DNA from: the human T2T-CHM13v2.0 reference genome, Homo sapiens
Reading direction: 5' to 3' (one strand)
Assembly: GCF_009914755.1 (NCBI RefSeq)
Contig: NC_060927.1
Length of the DNA: 64,000 nucleotides
Shown piece by piece: positions 1 through 23,985 of this stretch. The stretch's first letter is position 1, and each line of letters begins with the position of its first letter. The notes under the pieces were generated by a model that was not told the origin of the DNA, did not search any database, and worked only from the letters and a program-made list of their open reading frames with translations. The position numbers and the translations under genes are program-made.

Positions 1-4055
<4,055 letters not shown>

Positions 4056-4058
4056 TTT

Positions 4059-4145
4059 CTGTGTGTGTATATGCGTGTGTGTGTGTGTGTGTGTGTATAA
4101 TTGTGTGTGTATAATTGTGTGTGTATAATTGTGTGTATATATATT
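4059..4145. repeat. (TG)n microsatellite with (TG)nTATAAT units
   Basis: Directly visible. Confidence 0.9.
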
Positions 4146-5679
4146 CAATATATATCCATATATACATGTAGTATAAATGTTTGTAAATACGTTTTTAAAA
4201 GTCTGGAAAGATAGACTGTTGATAGTAGTCACCTATTGGCATGGATATGGGAGAAGACCAGAAACTCACAGAATGAGGAGCTTCTATACAAATTTTATTT
4301 ATGCTTTGAGTTTCTAATTTTACCTAGGTATATTAAAGCTCTGATAACTAAAAAATAATAAATTTTCAAAGAAACTTGATAAATAGTTAAAAATGAGATA
4401 ATTCTTAATTAAAGCAGTAGAAGTTCAGAAAATGATTACAGTAAAAAGATGACAAATTATTCCAGAGCTCTCTTCACCTCTGCAGGTCACATTCTCTATC
4501 TCCTTCTCTTCCTCCTCTTTAAAAAGCTAGCAATTGGAACAAACACTTTAGAATAACTGTTTCACCTATGGAATAAAATTTTGCACCCCCTCCCTTTTTG
4601 CTCATACCTCCTAGCCTTCCCAAATCCACACTACCCCTAAATAAAAGGTTTGCCAACTCTAGAGATCATTTGTACAACAAAAAAAGAAAAAAAAAAATCA
4701 AACCAATACAACAAACCCAAACTGGCCACTAGAGGGAGAACATCACACATAAAACCACTTTGAGCTACCACTCCACGGAAAACCATACCCACAGACGGAG
4801 GTACAAGGGTTGGCTCCACAAGAGATTGTTCAAAGGTAAAAGCTCACAGGCAATCATCAATGTGATTCAGCCTTTGGCTTGCCTAATATGTCCTGAAGCA
4901 AATAGTTTTATTAATAAATATAAAATTACAAATGTGAATATGTTTCCCATATTAGTGAGGTCTCCCCACCCTCCCTGCTCTGAATCAAATTTTTACAAAT
5001 GTTCTGGAACAGAAGCAAATGTTGAGTTGGAAGCTGCCCTGAAACTGAGTCTTAACGAAACAATACCCATTTTTGAGCCCAGCCACAGAGTTAGGAGAAG
5101 CAAGTAAGAAACTTTAGCCTCGTTTTACAAAGAGCAGGGGATTTAATCTTATCAAGGAAGTCCTCTCATATACTTTTTCAGACCGCTATTTCATGAGGAT
5201 GACGCAGCACACTTTTCCTTTCATTCTTCACACACTGATCTCAGTCGTCTTTATCAGCCACATTCTTTTTATGTATTTGTGCCTGGAACGAATGAGCTGA
5301 TAATGCACCTTTTGATCATGTTTTCCAGTGGATGAATGTGTTCCATGCACCCAAGCCTTCTTCCACGCCGCCCCTAAAAAAAAGTCCATTTCTTTAGGGT
5401 AACATCATCATTTTAAAAAAGAAGTGACACATGGGTGGGGAGGGAGGTGTGATGGAAACACGTCTTTCAAAAATGTGTAGTCGTAGCCTCGGCCACTTCA
5501 TTACCACATTGAGAATAATTTCTGCAGTGTGACTAAGCATCAACCCTTCAAGTTTGGAGTGGATTTAAAGCAGGTCAAAGGTTTACACTCAGATCCCTCT
5601 ATACTGACTGCTTTAACCCTCCTGCCTTGATTGTACCTTTTCTAGAAGTACTTGCACATAATTTTCAAAATCTGAAGAA

Positions 5680-5790
5680 GAAATAGATTTAGTAACTTGT
5701 CCAAAGTCACAAATCTAGTAAGTGGTAGGAGAAGAATTTAAGCCCAGACAGTCTGGCTCCAGAGCCCATGTTCTTAACCACTAATCCATT
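5680..5790 (+). mobile_element. MIR fragment
   Basis: Core-like agtaacttgtccaaagtcacaaatctagtaagtgg...tctggctccagagcccatg. Confidence 0.7.
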
Positions 5791-6858
5791 CCACCTCCTC
5801 ACTCTTTGCCTTTTTACTCCTGCAAGCTATCCCTTGCCCCAGTAATCTCCCGTCTTCAGTCCACCACTCCCCACCCCAAACTCACAATAAAACAATGGAC
5901 TCAATGATACAGTAGAGAGAACGGAAGTCACAAAAATGGCGTGAGTCCTGGTTCTGCCTCACTCAACCGTGTCACCTGGGGCATCTTGAGTCCTAGTTTT
6001 CTAAGTGCACATTGGGAATATTAACCAAAAATAACCAGTTCCCCCCCAAAAACTACTCTGCAAATTAAATTAGGTCATGTACACAAAGCCTCCAGTACAG
6101 TGCCTGGCCCTGGAAAGCAAACCAGCCAAGACAAGAGAAGACATAGAACAACCACAATTTACCGCACAATGAACACAGTCTACCAGGAGAAAGTGAGCTG
6201 TTTCAGAAAGTAACACTTTCACCTTCCTCAATGGCTTTATAATACAGCCACCATCTGGGGAAAGATGGCTGGGGACATGGCAGGGTCCCACCACAATGTC
6301 ACCTTGAGTGGAGGCTGCAATAGTCAGGGAATCTTCCATGACTTGCACCGAATACTTGCAAAGCCCTTTTTGGGAGACATTTTATACAAAGTGATTCCAA
6401 CTACAGGATTGTTGAGGGTAGTCCATGCATAGAATTATGTTCCAAAGGATGTAGGTCCATTATTGCTGCGTGTAAAAAAAAAAAAAAAAAAAAAAAGGGT
6501 GACAACCCCATGGCAGGGCCATCTGTCTGTGAAGGGGCCAGGGAAGCAAATTCACCTCTACATTTAAGAGGTCTCCCAAAACAAACAGGAAGGAAGTGCT
6601 TCTGAACAGTTAATTTAACTTGCTCTTGAGGTCATTTAAACCCAATTCTTTTTGACCGTCCTTAGAAGAGATGGAGAAAGGCTGTCATTTTCTCCCAAGA
6701 CAGATTCAGTCACTGTCAGACCTTGCTCTTCTCCTAGATGAACAGCTCTCAGGTTTTTTGGTTTCAGGATCCCTTTACACTCCTAGAAATCATTGAGGAC
6801 CCCACAGAATTTCTGTAATGTGCAATATATCTACAGACATTGAACATATTAAAAGATT

Positions 6859-7293
<435 letters not shown>

Positions 7294-7589
7294 TAATTTT
7301 TTAACATAAAAATATACAAGCTCATATTCTGTGAGCCCTCAGGCTACATATCATACAGTCTCTAGAAAACTCTACTGTATACTCTTAGATAATTTAAAAA
7401 ACAAACAACATCTTAATATTATTATGAAAATCAGTTTGACTCACAGGCCCCCTGAAAGGGGGCTGGAGGTCTCTGGGGTCTCCAGACCACACTTGGAGAA
7501 CTGCTGAGCTAGATAAAACCTCCTACAACAGGTTGTAGTGAGTTCTGTCTGCCACATCCTGAACCCTTCTACTTGGACATCATATTGAT

Positions 7590-7895
7590 TTTCATTTGTT
7601 TATTTTCATTTTTATGATTTTTAGGGACAGGGTATGGCTCTGTCACCCAGGCTGGAGTGCAGCAGTGTGATCATAGCAAACTCCTGAGGTCAAGCAATCC
7701 TGCCACCTCAGTCTTACTCCTGAGTTGCTAGGACTATAGGACTATGCTACCATGCCCAGCTAATTTTTCTATTTTTTGTAGAGATGGGGTCTCACTATGT
7801 TGCCTAGGCTGATCATGAACTCCTGGCCTCAAGTGATCCTCCTGCCTTGGCCTCCCAAAGTGCTAGGATTACTGGCATAAGCCACCCTGCCCAGC
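7590..7895 (-). mobile_element. AluJ
   Basis: Diverged dimeric Alu. Confidence 0.85.
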
Positions 7896-8559
7896 CCCCA
7901 TCTTGATTTTTAAGTCTGGTAATTTATGTAGTTAGAATTAAAATCCTGAACCAGTAATATCAAAGAAGGATTAAATAAGAAGTAAGAATGTAAACAATGA
8001 GGCAGAACTACCCAAACAACTATTCTCTAAAACTGAAATGCAAATTAGCACTGAAGACACCACAGAAAACCTTGAACAGGCAGATCAACACAGTATGGGC
8101 CAACAGACTATCCTCCCTTTTCGTTTTTCCTTCTTTTTAATTATTGTTATGTCCACAAATGACTTTTCCATTGGTATTAAACCTGCTAGAGGTTCTTTGT
8201 GAGGTGGATTCAAGAAGAAAAGACCCAGAGTTTCACAATATAGGTAGCGATAACCAGGTCTCACTTTCCCCTTCCGTGAGAACTTCGTGGGACAGACCGA
8301 CCGCGCAGGATCAGGTATTTCCAAATTCAAGTACTAACACAAGTTTGGGGATTAATCATGCCAGCTTTTTTCTTTTTTAATGTTTGATATGGGGGTCAAG
8401 GTTAAGCTTTTCTATGCAGTCTCTTTGTTCTTTCTTACTCTTAGCCCATTTTGTCCTCTTCTCTGTGGCTGTAACTCCATGGCTGCCCAGGACCATCTGG
8501 TAGTACCTTCCTGCTCCTTTGCTTCTAATAGTCATATTTATAACAGGAACAAGTACCTA

Positions 8560-8795
8560 GGAAGCACTTATCCCAGTATCTGGGAAGCACTTATCCAAGT
8601 ACTTTGTGCTAAGCACTTTATTTTTGCATTTTCTCATATCTCCCCACAACCCCACAAGGTAGGTATTATTATTCCCATTTTACCTTAGAGGACATTGCTT
8701 GCCTTACAGTGGCACAGTTACGTATGTGGTGGTGCAGGGATATGATCCCAGACAATCTTATCCCAAGGCTCTCTACCCACGATGCTAAACTGCCT
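8560..8795 (+). mobile_element. MIR
   Basis: gtgctaagcacttta...ggtaggtattattattcccattttac core. Confidence 0.7.
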
Positions 8796-8810
8796 TTTAA
8801 AGACAGTGAC

Positions 8811-9116
8811 GCCGGACACAGTGGCTCACGCCTGTAATCCCAGCATTTTGGGATGCTGAGGCAAGTGGATTGCTTGAGCCCTGGAGTTCAAGACCAGCCT
8901 AGGCAACATGGAAAAACTCCATCTCTACAAAATAAAAAATAAAAAAAACTAGCTGGGCATGGTGGCATGTGCCTGTAGTCCCAGATACTCAGAAGGCTGA
9001 GGTGGGGGGGATCACCTGAGCCTAGGAGGTAGAGGCTGTAGTGAGCCATGATTGCACCACTGCCCTCGGGCCTGGATGACAGAGGAAGATTCTGTCTCAG
9101 AAAAATAAAAATAAAA
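8811..9116 (+). mobile_element. AluJ
   Basis: Dimeric Alu; TSD aaagacagtga. Confidence 0.9.
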
Positions 9117-10349
9117 GACAGTGATTGAAGAGATTAAAACGACATCCTTCCCATGTCATTTAAAGGTAAATAAATAAAATCTTATTTGGCAAAGGTGTAG
9201 AGCAGAGAAAAATTGTGGACTTTGAAAATGCAACCAATGGCTCTTCACCACAGGCACCAAAGTAAATGTAGGTGAACCTTTTATCAGTGCCACCTGACAA
9301 GGAAAGCCTTATCTCTGCTCTTCTGATAGTCTGTTAGTGGTTTCACTTTTCCCCTAAGTGTTCATTCACAGCTTCTAGCATTACCCTGTTGAGGTCCAAG
9401 CTAATATGCTAGAAAAGAGTTGCTCTGATCAGTCTTCCATTCCCCTCGGCAAAGAAAACAAGGGGTTTGTCAAATATGGCCCAGACCCAAGGGCGGGAGA
9501 GCAATCCTATCTGACCTTCAATTACTCTGAACTGGAATCGCCTTCTTCCCTGACAACTGTGACTAATTCCAAAGGCCCAACCAGCCTTCTCATAATGATG
9601 ACTCTGGGGTCAATTACTTTGGGGGCAGATTAGAATCTGATCTGAAGCTGAAAAATTCCGCCCCCTTGGTACTAATCCCTTGAACTTTCCAATCCTAAAT
9701 AGGGCAAGTTTCAGGAAAGAGCATTTCTCATTTTACAGCCTACCTGAATATTGTCTGTAATGATTTTGCTTAATCAAAAAATTAATTAAACTCTTGCTCT
9801 AATGGTCTAAACACAAGTCAGAGGAAGGAAGTTCTGGCCACGTGCCAAAGCTCCATCTGAGGCTCTCGGAGTTAATAATTTCCATGGTGTTTTAAGCATT
9901 TGAAACAACAAAGGCTAGCTTTCACTAATAGCACAACTGATTCTGGAAAACCTATAAAAATGAGGCCTGCTCTAGGGTGGTTTGTATCCAGAGAATTAAG
10001 TTTTAACAAATAAAATTAAATCAACAGTCAATAAATTAAAATTTTGCTATTCTCTGATACTAATCTGCAAACTTAGCCATAAGTGCTCAAGTTAATGAAA
10101 ATGGGCTGCCAGTGGCTCTGCTGAGATCACCGATGGCTGTTAAATGGTTTTCCGTGGGGACAGCGTGGGGACAGAGGACAGGAGTCTCATAAGGCATTTC
10201 TAGGCGAGATGAGGTCCCTGGGCAAGCCACGACCCTTTCTTACATTTATACATTTCTTGCTAGTACATTACTTACTTGATCAGTCACTCTTCAGAAATAA
10301 ATACATACAATTTTTTTTTTTTGCTCTGTGAAACGTATCAACTCTTCAT

Positions 10350-10660
10350 AATCTAGGCTGCAAATGCAAACTGGCACCCCGCAGATGAAACGGGGCTGCA
10401 GAAGCAATTTATTAGGTCTTCACAGTGTTTGCTTTTTAAAAATATTAGTTGGTTGCCAACATTAAAAACTCAGAAGGCTTCACACAAAAATGCAAACATC
10501 CAGCCAGTCCTGGAAACTGGATAACTGAGCAACTCCAGGCTGACATTTCTGCAGGGCAGCCATGGACGAGAACAGAGCAGTGGCAGCACGCTTAGAACAG
10601 GCCTCGCTCATGCCCAGCCTGCTTCACCTGTTCACACGTCTTGCCTGGCTCTGCACTTCC
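10350..10660. mobile_element. hAT-Charlie MER102-like fragment
   Basis: ttgccaacattaaaaactcagaaggcttcacacaaaaat resembles recalled consensus. Confidence 0.45.
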
Positions 10661-10663
10661 TAA

Positions 10664-10817
10664 ATCTAGTGATTTATTTAGTGGCTTCAAGAACTGCTAC
10701 ACTTTCCAGTGTGTTAAGCTCTGAAAAACTGAGTGCAGATAAAGATGCTGCAAAGACACTGCCCACCTTAAAGTCGACTGATGGAGAAATCTACATCCCA
10801 GATCAGATTTTTTACTT
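10664..10817 (+). repeat. 154-bp near-identical direct copy of 12393-12548
   Basis: Identical except a 2-bp deletion (actgagtgc vs actgacagtgc); acttcct at 10655-10661 and 10814-10820. Confidence 0.95.
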
Positions 10818-11271
10818 CCTTTGTTCCTCCATAGCCAGCCTGCAGGTTAACTCCCTTATGAGAAATACTGCTAATGGAATGTTAATATTTGTTGGAAGGA
10901 AGGAGGGAAGGAGGGAGACAGATATGCTAAATATTTAAAAAAGAAAAAATAAGCCCACACTAATCCCTTGCATAAAATTCCTGAAGTTTCAGAACAGAAA
11001 GCACTATGTTTACGGTGTTCCAGAAAGCACTATGTTTACGGTGGTTTTTTTTTTTCAAGATATTCCTGAATATGGATTTTACCACATGCAAAAATTCTGT
11101 TTGCAGCTTGAATACTGAGGACAAAAATGTGATCTATTTGGAAAAGGTGATTAGCAAGAGAATTAGAATACTGGATTCTCATGGATGAAATTTCAGTCAT
11201 TATTTTTTGTCAATAGAATTCTCAGTAAATATAGTCCCTGAAAAATAGAATTTACCCATGCACTACTTTGA

Positions 11272-11646
<375 letters not shown>

Positions 11647-12199
11647 CCGACCAACTCTTACTAAAATAAATGGTAGCTTCCATTTCTTTTTTTCCTCAAG
11701 GGTCATATCGACAATTGAGATGCTCTGTTCAAAAAAAAGTAAAAGGTGGGGGTGAAAAGAAAATGCCCATATTGACACAGATCTGTACTGCATTTTAAGC
11801 TGTAGGTTGAACCATGTAGTTTGAAGCATCTATGCAGCCCATTTTCCATGAAGAAAAGGTCCCTCCTGATTACCACCCGTATTTCCCCCAGCCCCTGCCT
11901 TCTTCTAATCACGTTTACAGCTTTAAAAAAAAAGAGATACACCTTGCTTCTCACTCAACTGTCATGTACAGTCCAAAAATAAAGACCGTCCAGGATTCAG
12001 GACTAAAGCAGACTTGAAAACAAACCCCAAATTCCTTCCATGCTTCAATGGGGCAAGAAATGAGAATTCGAAACCAACTCTAGATGTAAGAGTTCCTAAA
12101 ACAACAACAACAAAAAACAAAACAGTTTTTTAATACTGCAACTGGCACATCGACCAAACGGTCTGCTCGGCTCCAACTGTTTATCTAAAGCAGAAATAG

Positions 12200-12870
12200 C
12201 TCACAAGTGATTAATAAACAGAGAATGGAGGACAGTAGAATGTGGAAGTCATGTTGGATCACATGTGGTTTAAAACATGTTTTGAAACAAGCAGGCACAA
12301 ACCTTCTCATAATTTTAAAGAAAACCTTAGCAATATATGAAGACCTTCAGGAAAAAAAAATTTAATACCATGAAAGTGCCTTCTTTTAGTGCATCTAGTG
12401 ATTTATTTAGTGGCTTCAAGAACTGCTACACTTTCCAGTGTGTTAAGCTCTGAAAAACTGACAGTGCAGATAAAGATGCTGCAAAGACACTGCCCACCTT
12501 AAAGTCGACTGATGGAGAAATCTACATCCCAGATCAGATTTTTTACTTTTGATGGACGTGATCTCCATTAGAAGCATATGTCCTGAAGGTCTTACACCTT
12601 GGAGAAGAAAGAAGGTGCCTCAAAACTTAAGGCTGCAAAGGATCAACTGGCTGTAATGCTGGCTGCAAATGCCAGTGGAGATTGAATTAGGCTACTGGTT
12701 TTGTTAGGATAGTTATTTTGTTAGTGCTGTGGTACAATGTACAAAGTTCCTTAAGTTTTGAGTAATCTGCCTCTACCCCAATTTTCCCCGTATGCCTCTA
12801 TGTTTTGTGTACAATGTCACAGAAAGTGAGGCTTTTCAGGACTACACCTATGGCATTCAAACCGAACTTT
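12200..12870 (+). mobile_element. TcMar-Tigger (pogo-like) transposase fossil
   Basis: Degenerate translation FSASSDLFSGFKNCY...DSADKDAA, PDQIFY.D, KAAKDQLAVMLAANASGD matches CENP-B/pogo HTH and DDE motifs (FxASxGWFxRFK, QIFNxDE, KxxKDRLT...NASG). Confidence 0.75.
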
Positions 12871-13013
12871 TCTTAGTCCCATTTTGCTGGTCTGCTCGTA
12901 TGTCACTATCCAACATTATAAAGTGTAGTGACTATAGCTATCCATAGTTTAGGGTACTCTTTAGTTGGTAACCCAGACATGTAGTTCTTAAATAAACGGC
13001 TTGTTAGGATGTC

Positions 13014-13679
<666 letters not shown>

Positions 13680-14058
13680 TTAGGAATTCATTTTAAATGC
13701 CTTCCAGTATTATGCTGCTGCTAGAAATGCAATTCTAAAAAGTACACCCAAAACACCAAAAATACTTACGCAATGTAACATTAACAAGACAAGAATTCAA
13801 AATAGACACACCATAAATATAACAATGTAAAAAATATATGCAGGCGGGAGGTAACAAGTAAAAACAAACTGTACTGGAGTAGGGTGACTTTAAAAATAAA
13901 ATCTCTTATTTCCTACATTAATTATTTGCTACAAATGTTTGTTCTTTTTTTTTTTTTTTTTTGCCTGGGATTAATCATCAGTAGGTGGAAGTTTGTAGAG
14001 AAACATTTGATATCTACAAAATGAACCACAAATGTGGCTAAACGTGCCAGCTACATGA

Positions 14059-14371
<313 letters not shown>

Positions 14372-14884
14372 TACATGACTGCTTTTCAAGGGAATTGTTT
14401 TAACATGTTAAGAGGCTAAGCACAAAAGTAGCATTCAAGTGTTGGTTAGACACTTTTGAATATTATTTGATTTAAACATTTCTTTCAAATGGCATGCAAG
14501 AAATGGCTTAGGGGTTCTCAGGACTGAGGAATCAGGATGGGAACTTGATAACAGGGACCTTAGGTTGAAAGCTATTGTTCTAAAACAAGGTGCTTTCCCG
14601 GCATGGGAAGCAAATGCTGGGTTTTACAAGACCACAAGTGAGGCAGTGCCTTTGACTTGGCATTATCTACTGTGGCAACAAGCAGCAAGGTCATGATAGG
14701 GTTCCTGGTGGAATAGCCTTGCTTTTTGGAACAAAAATTCCCACAAATTACCCACATATCAAAGTTATCCATTAGCTAACAAACATGAACGTTTTCTAGC
14801 AAATAAAACACGCATATCACAAAGTCCTCTCTTTAAAAGAAAACATAAAGAAGAGAAAGAGAAAAGAAGCTGATGACGGTGAAG

Positions 14885-15882
14885 CCTGATTTAGCAGATA
14901 CGTTTATTCAACACAGTGCATGATTCAAAGCATCGGATATTCCACAGCCAACAAGGTTTCCTATTCCCTATTACAAAATACCGGATACCCTGAATATAGC
15001 TCATTCAAGGTCCTCGTTCCTTTTTCCCTATATCTAGAATTAAACAGGTTTCCCCGTTTAGCGCACATTTCACGTTCGCTGAAGGCTTTGGGGAGAGGGG
15101 GAAACAGAGCTTATGACTGCCCCTCTGAACCAAAGGCACTTAATGTTAAAAGATAAAGCACAGTAGAGTCACCCCACAGACATTCCTATGTGTTCAACGG
15201 CTGAACTGCAGCATACCATCACCGGCCCCATGTGGGATTCATCATAACAACGTAAAAGACACTGATTTCCTTGGAAAAACAAAGTGCAGTACGAATATAA
15301 AGGAGTCACCACACCCCTCTTCCGAAAATAATACATAAGAGAACTCTTACTTTACATGATTAGTATCACTCAAGGTTCACACATGGAAAAAATAGCTAAA
15401 AAATAATCTATCATAAATTCTCACTATGAAGTCACAATAGAATCTGATACCCTTTTTAGAACTGGTGAGTTGGAGAGACACCCAGAGGTCATGCTGTCCA
15501 TCCCTTCATTTGATAGGGGAGGGCACTTGAGGCCCAGGAAGGTCAAGCGTCGGACCTGGGGTCTAACCCCTGTGGCAGAGCCTGCGTAGGACGCGGGCCT
15601 CCTGAAGCCTAGCTCAGGGTTCCCTCCACTCCCCTTCCTCTTTAAAGACTCTCAAAAGTAAAATATGGCGATGATCTCCAAAGATGCACCACACCATAAA
15701 GCACATGCACTGACCCAGGTCAGCAATTTGGTCTCACAAGGCGGTTCCTTTGGCCATTGGGCAGGTATGTAACCCACCTCAGGGTGGGAATTCTTTGCAT
15801 GGGATCGTTCAAAGTTCTGAGAAAAGCCCAATGTAGGTCAGACACGACTGCTCCTTGGACTGGGGAAGACTTTCCTTGGTTG
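14885..15882 (-). other. SUMF1: SUMF1 3'UTR (end approximate)
   Basis: Largely unique sequence between the stop codon and a canonical poly(A) signal; cleavage site inferred ~20 nt past AATAAA. Confidence 0.8.
14903..14908 (-). terminator. Polyadenylation signal AATAAA of SUMF1
   Basis: tttatt on + at 14903-14908, with a U-rich downstream element on the minus strand (complement of the A/G-rich 14835-14870). Confidence 0.8.
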
Positions 15883-15993
15883 TCAGTCCATAGTGGGCAG
15901 GCGGTCGGCTGCACAGCGGAATCCCAGATTCGAAGCAGAGCTATCAGGTGTGTTCTGGCTCCGAGCAGCACAGCGATACCTGTAACAATAAGA
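15883..15993 (-). CDS. SUMF1: SUMF1 terminal coding exon (exon 9 in the usual numbering), residues ~339-374
   Basis: The reverse complement translates to [36 protein letters not shown] then TGA (15883-15885), the FGE C-terminus with Cys341 and the GFRC motif. It is preceded by a polypyrimidine tract and AG (tctttctctctacacag, AG at 15995-15994), phase 0. Confidence 0.97.
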   Translation of the reverse strand, partial: SYCYRYRCAARSQNTPDSSASNLGFRCAADRLPTMD

Positions 15994-16378
15994 CTGTGTA
16001 GAGAGAAAGAGCAAGGTAAGTGCTACTGGGACTCTCAGCTGAAGGCTCTAACCCATCAGATGCATATTGCACCGGCTGTAGACAGTGCTTCCCCACAACC
16101 CTGCCTGTATGGATACTTAACATGTATGCTTTAAAAAGGGCAGCACATTCAAGAACTAACCACATATTTTCCAACGTCCTTCACCTTATAAATGTAACAC
16201 GGATATAGTACAAAGATGTTCAGCATTAGATATAACAGCAAAAAAGAAAAATGTAACAACCAATGATTGCCTAAGTTTAGGCACATCCATATAATAGAAA
16301 AGTAAGCAGCCATTGAAAGTCATGTCTTTACATAGTATTTAATGACACAGGAAGTTTTCATGATAAAATGTTAAATGA

Positions 16379-16670
16379 GGCCAGGCGCACTGGCTCACAC
16401 CTGTAATCCCAACATTTTGGGAGGCTGAAATGGGAGAACTGTTTGAGGCCAGGAGCTCGAGGCCAGCCTGGGCAACACAGCAAGATCCCATCTCTACAAA
16501 AAATTAGCTGAGCATGGTGGTGTGCACTTGTAGTCACAGCTACTCTAGAGGTTGAAGTGGGAAGATCTCTTGAGCCTGGGTGTTTGAGGCTGCAGTACAC
16601 CATCACTGAGCCACTGTACTAAAGCCTGGGTGACAGAGCAAGATCTTGTGTCCAAAAAAAGAAAAAAAAA
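16379..16670 (+). mobile_element. AluJ within an old L1M 3' fragment (~16210-16860)
   Basis: Dimeric Alu; TSD-like gttaaa(a)tga. Confidence 0.85.
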
Positions 16671-17009
16671 CAGTTAAAATGAAAAAGGCAGAATATAAAG
16701 GTGTATATGTGGTATGACCACAGTGTAGATAACTACATGTGCCAAGAAGAAAAGACTGGAAGATTCCGAATGCACCACAATGTGCACAGTAGTTATCCCT
16801 CAAGCAATCTGAGTTTCATGTTTCCTATATGAAACCTATTCAGTATTCCAATACAATAAGAATATATATTAATTTTTGAAATTAAACCAAGTAATAAGTG
16901 ATAGATGGCCACTGAAAAAATACTAAGAACAACACTAAGACACCATTTAATACCTAAATAATATTTATGATATTATTTATTATCTAAATCATATTTATGA
17001 TATCATTTA

Positions 17010-21136
<4,127 letters not shown>

Positions 21137-21138
21137 AG

Positions 21139-22383
<1,245 letters not shown>

Positions 22384-23372
22384 GAGTATCACGACTCATG
22401 TCTTCTTTCCCACTGCCCAATACACAAGCCCTGCATGCACTTGTACACTTGCATAAACATAAGAGAGCCTAACGCACATATCCCTGACTACCTAGCAGGT
22501 ATTCAGTGATTAACCACAGATTACTTCAAAAGCCTCCACATGCCAAAAATAACCACGCTTGAAACTCTTGTGCCCTAGGATTGTTCTCCGATCCAAAAAA
22601 ACGGAGAATAAAAATAAACTAGTCATCCTGTGTGCCATGAGCATAAACTCTGAGTTGGCCCAGTACAGCTCAAGTCCCTGCAAACTGGTTAAAGAAGTTT
22701 CACAAAGCAACATGTGGAATAACTTTAGAATCTGTGCAGAAGCGATAATTTGGACTCAGGGGGAAGATAAGTTGGCATGCAACTTTTTTTAAATTATTCT
22801 CTTTTCTCTCAGAAAAGTAAAATGCTTCTTGTCTTTGTGAAAAGTATCTCAAGTTGACACAGAAATTCTTTAGAGCACTTCTACTGTAAAAATAAAGACA
22901 GTGCTTTGTCTTCTATAGATAGTGAAATGATAGCAACCAATTTTCTCATTTTCCTTGTGGTCAGTGAATAATATAACATTAGCAATTCTCAGGTAGACAA
23001 AAGGAAGATGAATTTAAAGTGTGCTTGAAATAATTGATAAATTGATGGCATCTCCTACTATGTGTGATCTGCATGCAATGGAAGCTCTCAAATGACTAGA
23101 GGTGACCATGCAGGAAGACATAGCAAAAGCCTCATTCCATGCAGGGCCTACTCGTCGGGCTGCTGTGAAACAACAGTGCTTTGGTATTTCTAGAATCAAG
23201 TTCCTGTGGATAATCCAGGGCCCCATGCAGCCAAGCATGTGTAGCAAACTCCACACTGCAACAAAGATCAGGTTCAGGGGGAGCTACACAGATGACATGA
23301 CATTCTTGTCCCATAAACGTACACGCTTTTTTAGAAGGCAAAAATTGATGTGGATGAGATTTCCATGATCAT

Positions 23373-23562
23373 GGCAGTGGTCCTCGGACCTCAGCATACA
23401 TAAGAATGGCCAATACAGGTTGCTTAAATCCATGTTCCTAGGCCATACATCCAGAAACTCTGATTCAGGAAGTCTAGTATGGGGCCCAAGAACCTACTTC
23501 TAACAAGCTTCTAGGTGCTGCTGATGCTACAGGCCCATGGGCCACACTTTGAGTAACACTAG
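23373..23562. mobile_element. MER5A-like hAT element
   Basis: cagtggtcctc...tctgattcaggaagtctag...cacactttgagtaacact. Confidence 0.7.
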
Positions 23563-23629
23563 TTTATAGGATTTAGAGGGGAAGTTGAGAGGATAGCAAG
23601 GCCAGAGCCTGATCATATCAGGGCATGGT

Positions 23630-23985
23630 TTAATTATTCACTGAATATATGAGAGCTTACAATATGCCAGATGCTATTTTAGGTATGACGGATACAATCA
23701 GAACAAGACAAACAAGATAGCTGTTATCAGGGAGTTGACATTCAAAAGGGAATTGTCAGACAATAAATAAACCGATACATTCAAGATGGTTTCCAGGAGC
23801 AGTCACCTCTGCAGGAAGGAAAATAGGGAAAGAGGACTGAGAGTGACTGGGTGGCTACTTTCGATAGGGTGGTGGTCTGGAAAGGCCTCTCTGAGAAGAT
23901 CACATGTGGGCTGAGTTGCCCAAAGATCTGGAGCATGAGAATTCCAGGCAAGAGTAATGACTGGCACAAAGGTGGTTAATGATGT
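23630..23985. mobile_element. L2 fragment
   Basis: aggcctctctgagaagatcacatgtgggctgag and related L2 3' motifs. Confidence 0.65.

Noticed and set aside
6474-6496. Isolated poly(A) run as the tail of a processed pseudogene
   Set aside because: No upstream AATAAA, no TSD and no recognisable coding sequence.
15720-16208. ORF-track entries overlapping the SUMF1 last exon (83, 125, 76 and 62 aa)
   Set aside because: They are wrong-frame or antisense readings; the true frame is a spliced 36-codon segment with no start codon of its own.
23014-23368. Overlapping short ORFs in unique intronic sequence
   Set aside because: No recognisable homology or convincing splice-site pair; lengths expected by chance.
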